Part shown: one piece after another, positions 54,151 through 64,000 of the stretch
Layout: the number at the start of each line of letters is the position of its first letter
Position numbering within the stretch: the first letter of the stretch is position 1
Program-made: the position numbers and the translations under genes
Notes under the pieces: model-generated
Seen by the model: only the letters and a program-made list of their open reading frames with translations
The model's database searches: none
What the model was told of the DNA's origin: nothing
From: Mobula hypostoma
Lineage: Eukaryota
Direction of reading: 5' to 3'
DNA length: 64,000 bases
NCBI RefSeq assembly: GCF_963921235.1
Contig: NC_086108.1
Coordinates: 68,946,001 to 69,010,000, forward strand

Positions 54151-55738
54151 TTTTGATAAATAGACAAGGAGCTTCATATTCACCATTCCTCAGACTAATT
54201 TTACTTAAAAATTAATTTAATTTAGATTCCACATCTGCACCCACTAGGACCTTATTCAGGCCCAACTGCAGCACCATTTCCTGACTGTAGGTGGCCACGT
54301 ACAAAATTAAGCATCCACCATCACCTTTTAATAAGCAACTAAGTTAGTTTTGCCAGTGATGACCACATTCCAAGACATTTTTAAATTGAAACAGGAAGCA
54401 AGTTAACATTTTCCTTGTAAAGAGAATGAGCAAATCAGCTCAATGAAGTCTTTTTACACTACACTGCAATAGTTTACAAGTTAGAATTAAATTATATTTT
54501 AATAGCTATTGCTAATCAACATTGGTAAACTTGAAGACTAGGGAATTATGCTGCAAATTCAAAAATAATTGCCAGTTATTGGTTAGAGAAAAGGAAAAGC
54601 AGAAATCTGAAAATGGGATGGTGGAACAGAGGGGCGGTGGAAATCAGCAAACAAATCAACTAAAACAAAACAATTAGAAATAAACATCTCTTTGACACGT
54701 TTAACGATATTGAATTAAAATAGAAAACTTTGTGAAACTTGTGTAGTCATAACCAAGCTGCACATACAGTGCCTATAAAAAGTATTCACCCCCCCCCCCG
54801 AAAGCTTCCATGTTTTATTGTTTTGCAACATTGAATCAGTGGATTTAATTTGGCTTTTTTGACACTGATCAACAGAAAAGATCCTTTTGTGTCAAAATGA
54901 AAACAAGTTTTTACAAATGGGTCAAAATTTATTACAAATATTAAACACAGAATAATTGAATTCAAGTTAGTATTTAGTAAATACACCTTTGACAGAAATT
55001 AGAGCCTCAAGTCTATGTGGATAGGTCTCTATCAGCTTGGCATATCTAGACACTACAATTTTTCTCCACTCTTCTTTACAAAGCTACCTAAGCTCAGTCA
55101 GATTGCAAGGGGATTATGAGTGAACAGCCCTTTTTAAATCTAGCCACAAATTCTCAGTTAGATTGAGGTCTAAACTCTGACTTGGCCACTCCAAACACTG
55201 TTGTTTTTAAGCCATTCTTGTGCAGCTTTGGCTTTGTCTTGCTGGAAAACAAATCTTCTCTCAAGTTGCAGTTTGCTTGCAGACTGCACCAGATTTTCTT
55301 CCAAGACTTCCCTGTATTATGCTCCATTCATTTTACTCTCTACCTTCACAAGTCTTCCAGGGCCTGCGGCAGTGAAGCATCCCCACAGCACGATGCTACC
55401 ATGTCTCACAGTAAGGACGGTGTGCTCTTGTTGATGTGCAGTATTGACTTACATCAAACATAGCTATTAATCTGATGGTAGAAAGCTCAAGTTTGGTTTC
55501 ATCAGACCATAACATCTTCTTCCAGCTGCCTCCAGTCTCCCACATGCCTTCTGGCAAACTCTAGCCAAGATTTCATGAGTTTCCCCCCTCTCCACCAAGA
55601 GGTTTTCTCTTTGCCACTCTCCCATAAAGCTGCCATTAGTGAAACAACAGGAATTCTGCAGATGCTGGAAATTCAAGCAACATACATCAAAGTTGCTGGT
55701 GAACGCAGCAGGCCAGGCAGCATCTATAGGAAGAGGCG

Positions 55739-55776
55739 CAGTCGACGTTTCAGGCCGAGACCCTTCGTCAGGACTA
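55739..55776 (-). ncRNA. Minimal type-I hammerhead ribozyme, intact, sense to the FAF1 pre-mRNA
   Basis: Reverse complement reads UAGUC-CUGACGA-A-GGGUC UC GGCCU-GAAA-CGUC^GACUG. Confidence 0.8.
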
Positions 55777-56715
55777 ACTGAAGGAAGAGTGAGTAAGGGA
55801 TTTGAAAGCTGGAGGGGGAGGGGGAGATGCAAAATGATAGGAGAAGACAGGAGGGGAAGGGAGGTAACTTCCGCCACCTCCAACGGGATCCCACCACTAA
55901 GCATATCTTTCCCTCCCCGCCTCTCTCTGCATTCCGCAGGGATCGCTCCCTACACAACTCCCTTGTCCATTCGTCCCCCCCATCCCTCCCCACTGATCTC
56001 CCTCCTGGCACTTATCCGTGTAAGCGGAACAAGTGCTACACATGCCCTTACACTTCCTCCCTTACCACCATTCAGGGCCCCAAACAGTCCTTCCAGGTGA
56101 GGCATCACTTCACCTGTGAGTCGACTGGGGTGATATACTGCGTCCGGTGCTCCCGATGTGGCCTTTTATATATTGGTGAGACCCGACGCAGACTGGGAGA
56201 CCGCTTTGCTGAACATCTACGCTCTGTCCGCCAGAGAAAGCAGGATCTCCCAGTGGCCACACATTTTAATTCCACATCCCATTCCCATTCTGACATGTCT
56301 ATCCACGGCCTCCTCTACTGTAAAGATGAAGCCACACTCAGGTTGGAGGAACAACACCTTATATTCCGTCTGGGTAGCCTCCAACCTGATGGCATGAACA
56401 TTGACTTCTCTAACTTCCGCTAGGCCCCACCTCCCCCTCGTACCCCATCTATTACTCTTTTTAATGCACACATTCTTTCTCTCACTCTCCTTTTTCTCCC
56501 TCTGTCCCTCTGAATATACCTCTTGCCCATCCTCTGGGTCACCCCCCCCCCGTCTTTCTTCCCGGACCTCCTGTCCCATGATCCTCTCGTATCCCCTTCT
56601 GCCTATCACCTGTCCAGCTCTCGGCTCCATCCCTCCCCCTCCTGTCTTCTCCTATCATTTTGCATCTCCCCCTCCCCCTCCAGCTTTCAAATCCCTTACT
56701 CACTCTTCCTTCAGT

Positions 56716-56753
56716 TAGTCCTGACGAAGGGTCTCGGCCTGAAACGTCGACTG
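56716..56753 (+). ncRNA. Minimal type-I hammerhead ribozyme, intact
   Basis: tagtc ctgacga a gggtctcggcct gaaa cgtc^gactg; predicted cleavage after 56748. Confidence 0.8.
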
Positions 56754-57205
56754 CGCCTCTTCCTATAGATGCTGCCTGGCCTGCTGCGTTCACCAGCAAC
56801 TTTGATGTATGTTGCATTAGTGAAACACCTGGACAACAGTTGTTGTATATGCAGTCTCTCCCATCTCCGCCAATGAAGCTTGTTACCCCACCAGAACTGT
56901 CATAAGTCTCTTGGTGGCCTCCCTCACTAATTCTCTTCTTGCACAGTCACTCAGTTTTTGAAGACGGCCTGCTCTAGGCAGATTTACAGCTGTGCCGTAT
57001 TCTTTCCATTTCTTGATGATTGACTTAACTATACTCCAAGGGATATTCAGTGACTTGGAAATTTTCTTATATCCATCTCCTGACTTGTGCTTTTCAATCT
57101 TTTCGCCGAGTTGCTTGGAGTGTTCTTTTGCCTTCATGGTGCAATTTTTGCCAGGATACTGACTCACCAGCAGTTAGACCTTCCAGATACAGGTGTATTT
57201 TTACT

Positions 57206-57558
57206 GTTGTTCGCCCATTGTTGCCGTCGATGAGGACCTCGACACCATTATGATGGTGTCGAGACTAGCGCGTGATTTGGATTTAAGTGAGGTGGAGTTG
57301 CGCAGCGTCAGCCTCACTCTCTCTTCCCAATTCCCATCTGGATCCAGTGGCAAGACAGAGTCTAGACGGCTGGAGATGGGACTAGGCGCAGTGGATGACC
57401 AGGACGTCTTCTGTGTCTTGTCCTGCTCTGCACGTTCCACGATGCTTGCAGAGACCGCCGCCTTGACCGTTGGACCTTCCATTGGTCTCGTCCGCTCAAT
57501 CCGCCGGAGTCTGTCTTCACATGCTGGGATAGACAACTCCCTATCTCACCGAGGGTAT
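57206..57558 (-). mobile_element. 353-bp RTE-related non-autonomous retroposon
   Basis: 12-bp TSD tgtatttttact (57194-57205 / 57559-57570); (AAC) tail; 11-bp stem-loop near the 3' end. Confidence 0.75.
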
Positions 57559-58084
57559 TGTATTTTTACTACAATCAATTGAAACACCTGACTGCACACA
57601 GGTGATCTCCATGTAACTAATTACACGATTTCTAAAAATCAACTGGCTACACCAGTGATGACTTGGTGTGTCATATTAAAGGGGGTGAATACTTATGCAA
57701 TCAATTACTTTGTCATTTATATTTGTAATTAATTTAGGTCACTTTGTAGAGATTAGTTTTCACTTTGATATGAAAGAGTCTTTTTCTGTTGATCAGTGTC
57801 AAAAAAAACCAAATTTAATCCACTGTGATTCAATGTTGTAAAACAATAAAACATAAAACTTCCAAGAGGGTGAATACTTTTTAAATCGGCACTGTATGTG
57901 GTACAGTTCTGGTCTCTTCACTGGATAAGCCAAATTTAAAAGTTCCAGGAACAACTGAATAACTTGCATTTTTCAGAAATGTTGCAGGTTACCTGAATGG
58001 TCTTTAAAATTATGACAGAATAGGAGAATATACTCTATGTAGAGAGGGCTTCCACTTGTGGGAAAATCATAAATTTTAGACAAT

Positions 58085-58490
58085 TATGGACTGGAAAACC
58101 AATGCCATGGCTGTTTACAAGAAGGGGATGAGCAGACTCAATTTTCTAAGAAAGCTGAGATCCTTCAATGTGTGCAGCAGGACTTTGGAGATCTTTTACC
58201 AGTCTGTTGAAGCAAGGGCAGTCTTCTTTGATGCTTTATGTTGGGGGAGCAGCATCGATGCTGGTGATGCAAAAAGACCAAATAAACTCATCAAAAAAGC
58301 TGGATTCATCCTTGGCTACAACCTGGACTCTTGAGTTAGTGGTGGAGAAGAGGTCCATCATGGACAATCTGGCACATCCTCTCCATGACTACTGAATTAG
58401 CAGTGGAGCACCTTTTTGAACAGACTCATTCAGCTTCACTGTCACAAGGATCGTTACAGAAAATCTTTCCTACAAAATGCAATAAGTATA
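58085..58490 (+). mobile_element. Rex/L2-type LINE 3' fragment
   Basis: SRLNFLRKLRSFNVC...IFYQSV...CWGSSI. Confidence 0.8.
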
Positions 58491-58492
58491 TA

Positions 58493-59395
58493 CAGGTGGC
58501 CCCTGTTTTCTGAACGTTCGCTTTACGACACCTCGCTGTTACGAACGACCTACATTAGTTACCTGTTTTCACTAACAGAAGGTGTTTTCACTGTTACAAA
58601 AAAAGGCAGCGCGCGTCCAAACAGCCAAGCTCCTCCCCTGGAACTCCATTCTAGCAGGCATTGCTTAAACACGTGCTTCATCTTGATTTATTTTGTGCAT
58701 CCATTAGCAAGATAAGTTCTAAGGTATCAGAAAAGCCCAAAAGAGCTCGTAAGGGTGTTACACTTAGCGTAAAACTAGACATAATTAGTGTTTCGATTGT
58801 GGTGAACGAAGTAAGAACATTGTCCACGCGTTGAACTTGCCTGCATCCACCATTCACACTTTTTAAACACAGAGAGAAAGAATTTTGAAAGCTGCCAATG
58901 TTACTGTTGGTTCTGCTCGTAGCAAAGTGGTCTCTCTTAGTCGGCATCCAATAATGGATAAAATGGAAAGTCTATTGCTTGAGTGGATTGATGGGTGTAC
59001 AAAGCATGGTGTTCCATGAAGTTTTCTTGTACTTACGGAGAAATCAGTCAGTCTTCTTAATAAGCTGAAACAGAAAGCACTGGACAATGGTGATGAAAGT
59101 GTTGTGAAAGTGGAATTTAAAGGTAGTCGTGGGTGGTTTGATTGGTTTCTGAGGCGAGGGCAGCTTCATTGTTTAACGTTTACGGGAGAGAGTGCTTCGG
59201 CTGATACTGAAGCTGCCGAAAAGTTCCCAGCAGAACTGAAGAAATAATTACAGAAGGTAGTTATTCATATGTGTTTAACCGCGACGAAACTGCAATTTAT
59301 TGGGAAAAATTGTCGAGCAAGACATTTATTTCGATGGAAGAAAAGCAGGCTGAGGGACACCAGGCATTGAAGGACAGGTTTACCCTAATGTCTAT
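58493..59395 (+). mobile_element. 5' part of a second copy of the Tigger element
   Basis: TA then caggtggccc TIR; highly similar to the reverse complement of about 51425-52370. Confidence 0.9.
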
Positions 59396-59838
59396 TTCAA
59401 ACTATTTGACCTAACATATAATTCACAAGCAGACACAAAGTTGATAAGCGAAAAGCAAGGAAATGCAAAAGCTGGAAATCTGAAATAAAACAGACTGCTA
59501 TAAATAAATCAGTAGTTCAGATAGTACCTGTGGAGAGAGAAACTGAATTAATATTTTAGTTACGTTCATTAGAACCTTTCTGATTTAAGTAAGCATGTTT
59601 TGGTAATATTACCTTTGTTCAGTGACTTTTAAATTGAGTAGCATTTTCTTAAATAAACTGGAATAAATTAGCTGCAATGAATCTCAGCTTGAAAAGTAAA
59701 TGAATGTCCAGTCATAGAAAACAGTATTTTTTGAAAAACTATATCTTTTTTAGAAGTTTATGCCTCAACTTCTGCAACATTTTTCTTCTGAGTATATTTA
59801 ATCAACCTGTGAAAAATGGTAAAGAAAAGAATACTTAC

Positions 59839-59885
59839 TTTTGTAAAATGCCATTCTCTTGTGGAATTATGCCATTAATAGCTGC
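59839..59885 (-). CDS. FAF1: FAF1 internal coding exon (equivalent to human exon 3), 47 nt
   Basis: Minus strand: pyrimidine tract-tttatAG | GCA GCT ATT AAT GGC ATA ATT CCA CAA GAG AAT GGC ATT TTA CAA AA | GTaagt = AAINGIIPQENGILQ(N). Matches the recalled FAF1 segment AAINGVIPQENGILQS. The phase-2 end fits the next exon. Confidence 0.93.
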
Positions 59886-61404
59886 CTATAAAGGGGAAAA
59901 AAAGGTTTTAAAATGTCAAAAACTAGTTTGGTTGGGCTTAAATTTTCTAAACTAGAATATTATTTACTGATAATTATTTGAAGATGTGCTCCAGTCTTTC
60001 AAATATGGACACAAATTCTGAACTAGGAGGCATGTACCCTCCTCCTCCAACACCCCCCCCCACCCCAATTAAGACCAGGCCCAATAGTTACGTTATATCA
60101 TGAAATGTCTCCTAAAGAAAAATCAAAGTACTACTATTAAGAGTTGAAAATTGATAATCCTTATTATCTTGAATCATAAGGGTTATCAACATCCTTTGCA
60201 ACAAATGGGAAATAAAAAATTCTAGCCATTCAGCAAAAGAATAAAGAGGCTGCTGAATGCTCGATTAAAATGCTGCTAAAAATAACATAAGCATTTGCAA
60301 AAAACACACGGAGTGAAAATCAACCACTTTTACTCTCAGAAATCTGCCGCCCTTGCAATTTCACATTTACCTCATTTTATCAGGAATAGCTGTCTTCCAA
60401 GTCCTGAAGAAATGGTTTTTAGCTCGCCTTGTTCACTGAAGGCCACAATGTGAAAACCAGAAGCAACCGCTACTAACAATTTTAGAAAATGCTAGTGAAA
60501 GCAAAGAGCAGTAACAAGCATCTTTGTTCTTCAATTCAGAGAACCTTCCCAAATTGATCTGGGGAAAACAAGTAGGTTCTCAATGGCAACTCCTTCCTCA
60601 AGTAGCTGGAAGGTGTCAAAGCACACCAAAATTTTCGCAACCCATCCCAGCATCCTTCCAAGTCCAGGCAGCAATACAAGATTTTGTTGTAGCTTCACCC
60701 GGACCAATCCCATGCAATATTCAAAGACCCTAACATACCTGGGGACTATCCGAGTCCTCTTTGTGAAAACAGATGCTCAGTATGCATCAACCTTTGGTCC
60801 CCATTTTAATTTCCTCTGAATCAATTGAAATAAATTATTTTTTCCTTGTCGAGTATTTCTAGCATCTACAGTGTTTTGTTTTTCAATTACTTTAGTAAAA
60901 TGACCTGCTGGATTCTAAGCTAAAACAAATTTGGTGCAAGATTTGAGACCCTACTGATTTTAATGGTGACTGTGGGATAAAGGTGTGAGACAAAAAGAAA
61001 GATTAAAGCAAAAATAATTGTGCTTGTAATACTAATGTGACATATGTATTTTGTAAAATGCTTATACTTTAAGCATTCAGTATAGTATTCATTTGTTTCA
61101 ACGGCATGAACATTTACAAACCATGAAAATAAATTACAGTGAAGCCCACCACCATCTTTGCTGGCTGTCAAGGCAAGCCATCAATGCACCTCTGGAGGTT
61201 TAGAGACCATCTAGAATGTGCCACAAGATTCTGCTAGTCACAAAGGACTAGCAAGAAAAGCCCTCTATATCCCAACTAACAAATACCAATATGGACAAAC
61301 TGTGAGCATTGAAATATACCAGAGAGTCTGAGTCATCAAGAACTAATCTACAGCTATTTCACTGTTGGTATTTCAATTTCAAATTTAAGTTTATTGCCAT
61401 CTCT

Positions 61405-62645
61405 CAACTACAGCTTGGCAGTCAATACCATCACCCCCTCAAAACTAATCAAAAAGCTTCAAAAACTAGGACTCAATACCTCCTTGTCCAACTAGATCCA
61501 CAATTTCCTCACTTGCAGACCCCCATCAGGAATGACATTTCCTCCACAATCTGCATCAGCACAGGAGCACCACAAGGCTGTGTGCTCAGTCCACTGCTCT
61601 ACTCAATATATACTTACGGCTGTGAAGCTAGGCACAGTTTCAATGTCACATTTCAGTTTGCTCACAACACCCCTGTCACTGGCCAAATCAAAGGTGGTGA
61701 TGAATCAGTATATAGGAGGGAGATTCTAAATTGAGCTGAGAGGTGCCACAACAACAACCTTTTGCTCAACGTCAGCAAGAGCAGGTAGCTGATTATTGAC
61801 TTTAGCAGGAGGAAACCGGAGGACCACAAGTCAGCTCTCATCGGAGGATTCAGTGATGGAGAGGGTCAGCAGTTTCAAATTCCTCAGTGTTGTCATTTCA
61901 GAGGGTCGGTCCTGGGTCCAGCACGCAAGTCTCATTACGAAAAAAGCACTGCAACACCTCTAGTTTCTTAAAAGTTTGTGAAGATTCAGCATATCAGCTA
62001 AAACTCTGACAAACTTATATAAATGTGCAATGGAGAGTATACTGACTGGTTACATCATGGCCTGGTATGGAAACACCAAGGCCCTTGAATGGAAATACCT
62101 ATAAAAAGAGTAGTTGATACAGCTCAGTCCATCGTGGGTAAAGCCCTCCCACCATAGAGCAATCTACTCAGCGTGCTGTTACAGGAAGGTAGCATCTATC
62201 AGCTAAGATCCCCACTATCCAGGCTGTGATCTCTGTTGCTGCTGTCACTTCGAAGGTGGTAAATGATCCACACCACCAGGTTTAAGGAACAGTTATTACC
62301 CAGCAGTCACCAGGCTCTTGAACCAGAGGGAATGAGTTTACTCGCCCCCATCATTGAACTGTTCCCACAATCTATGTACTTACTTTCAAGGACCCACTAT
62401 ATCATGTTCTCAATATTTATTGCCTTTTGATTTATTTTTATTATTTTTTTCCTTTCTTTTCCTATTTGCACAGTTTGTTGTCTTTAGCACGATGGTTGTT
62501 TGTGCCCATCTTAGTGGGTGCAGTCTTTCATTGATTCTATTGTGTTTCTTGTATTTACTGTGAATGCCTGCAAGAAAATGAATCTCAGAATTGCATCTGG
62601 TGACATACATGTACTTTGATAATAAATTTACTTTCAACTTTGAAT
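61405..62645 (+). mobile_element. Rex1/Babar LINE 3' part
   Basis: STGAPQGCVLSPLLYSIYT; aataaa tail near 62622. Confidence 0.85.
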
Positions 62646-63695
62646 CTGACTGTACATACATATACCCAAATGAAACGTTCCTCCAGACCACAGTGCATGC
62701 ACAATACATACATTAAACACAGCACATAAAACAAAATATTACAAGTTAATAAAATATAATTCAAAAGGCATGTAAATAGTAAACAGCTCACTATCTTAGG
62801 GATGCGATCTCACAGCATGGGGAAGGAAGCTATTACCCAGTCTAGTCTGAGTCCTGATGCTCCTTTACCTCCTTCCTGACACTAGTGGGTCAAAGAGATT
62901 GTGGGATAGATGGTAGGGAGCCTCAGCAATGCTTAAGGCCCTTCATACACAATGTTCCCGGTAAATGTCACAATTTGTGGGGGGTGGGGGGTTGGAAGAA
63001 GAGACTCCGGTGATCCTCTCAGCAGTTTTTACAGTCCTCTATGGGATCTTGCAGCTTCTATACCACACAATGATGCAGCCTGACAGGACAGTCTCGATGG
63101 CACTTCTATAGGAAGTTACTAGAATAGGGGCAGGGAGCCTTGCACACCTCAATCTCCTCAAAGTGTAGACAATATTGTGCCGTTTTGACTAATCAGGAGG
63201 TGTTGTGGGTCCAGGTTAGACTTTGTGCTCTTCACTTGCTCCATGGCAGACACTGATGCACAATAGAGAGAGGCTGACCTGCGCCTTCCTAAAGTCCACA
63301 ATCATCTTTTTTGTCTTGTCCACTTTCAGACTCAAGTTGTTGTACTCACACCATTTCACAAGCTTCTCTATCTCCCCTCTGTATGCCAACTCATCATTAT
63401 TGCCATGAAGGTCAACCACTGTTGCATCATCAGCGAACTTGAAAATGTGGTTTGAGCTGAATCTGGCGGTGCATTCACAAGTCAGCAGCGTTAGCAACTG
63501 CTGGCTGAGCACAGAGCCCGAGGGGGCATCAGTGCTCAGTGATGGAGCGTCAGATATTACTATTGGGGTCTTTCCATCATGAAGCCCAAGGTCCAGTTAC
63601 AGAGAGGGTTGTTGAGTCCCAATGAGGACCATTCATTCCAGTCTCTAAGGATGATCGTGTTAAACACTAAGCTTAAGTTGATGAAATACAAGCTG
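62640..63695 (-). mobile_element. Rex1/Babar LINE 3' part, tail-to-tail with the previous copy
   Basis: IFKFADDATVV and KWCEYNNLSLKVDKTKKMIVDFRK. Confidence 0.85.
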
Positions 63696-64000
63696 AAATA
63701 GGTAAAGAACAACGTGGTTTTGTGAAAGACAAAGGTACAAGAAACGCAATATTGATGTTAAGGATACTATCAGAACGAGCTATTCAAGTGCAAAAAGATT
63801 TGTTTGTTCGTTTTATCGACTACAGAAAAGCATTTGATAAAGTGAAGCACAATAAGTTATTTGAAATATTACAGAAAACTCTATATCTAGATTCGAAAGA
63901 CCTCCACCTAATCAGAAATCTGATAAACTCCTGCTGTAAGAATAGATGGAGAAGTGAGTAAGTTTATGAAAATCAAGAGAGGCATTAGACAAGGGTGTGT
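63696..64000 (+). mobile_element. RTE-clade LINE RT fragment, runs off the window
   Basis: EQRGFVKDKGTRNAILMLRILSERAI...FIDYRKAFDKVKH and IKRGIRQGC. Confidence 0.85.

Larger units (their letters stand above)
55647..56814 (+). mobile_element. Young Penelope-like element: inverted pLTR, intact GIY-YIG domain, pLTR
   Basis: Perfect 13-bp TSD cattagtgaaaca (55634-55646 / 56815-56827). ORF 55827-56423 contains CxxxxCxxC, VIYCVRC...YIGET, RFAEH, HF, EQHLI and GMN. Confidence 0.95.
54767..57894 (-). mobile_element. Tc1-like DNA transposon with long TIRs and two nested insertions
   Basis: TA TSD; TIRs of about 200 bp (cagtgcctataaaaagtattcaccc / gggtgaatactttttaaatcggcactg); transposase N-terminus MKAKEHSKQ...GYKKISKSLNIPWSIVKSIIKKWKEYGTAVNLPRAGR. 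Confidence 0.93.

Noticed and set aside
55827..56423. 198-aa ORF as a standalone GIY-YIG nuclease gene
   Set aside because: The ATG and first residues come from the inverted pLTR fused to a 5'-truncated Penelope ORF. It is a junction artefact with no evidence of expression.
57193..57582. Overlapping stop-free ORFs on both strands (129 aa and 111 aa)
   Set aside because: They coincide with a GC-rich TSD-bounded retroposon, and no protein motif is recognisable.

Overview
Eukaryotic, repeat-dense window (AT-rich, no prokaryotic gene structure). The repeat repertoire (CR1, Rex/Babar, fish-type L1, Penelope, V-SINE, Tc1, Tigger, hAT) suggests a cartilaginous fish; this is inference. The only host gene is FAF1 on the minus strand. 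Five small GT-AG exons missed by the ORF track (59885-59839, 47097-46898, 32084-31993, 28712-28609, 6512-6407) splice in phase and encode the end of the UBA domain, UBL1 and the start of UBL2. Almost all listed ORFs are fragments or antisense shadows of decayed transposons, many of them nested. The most notable signal is a Penelope-like (GIY-YIG) family whose pseudo-LTRs are inverted, each carrying a minimal type-I hammerhead ribozyme. Its insertions are bounded by 13-bp direct repeats, and it has shrunk to non-coding palindromic mini-elements. Repeat boundaries are read by eye: exact where a TIR or TSD is quoted, approximate otherwise. Family names come from recalled motifs, not database searches.
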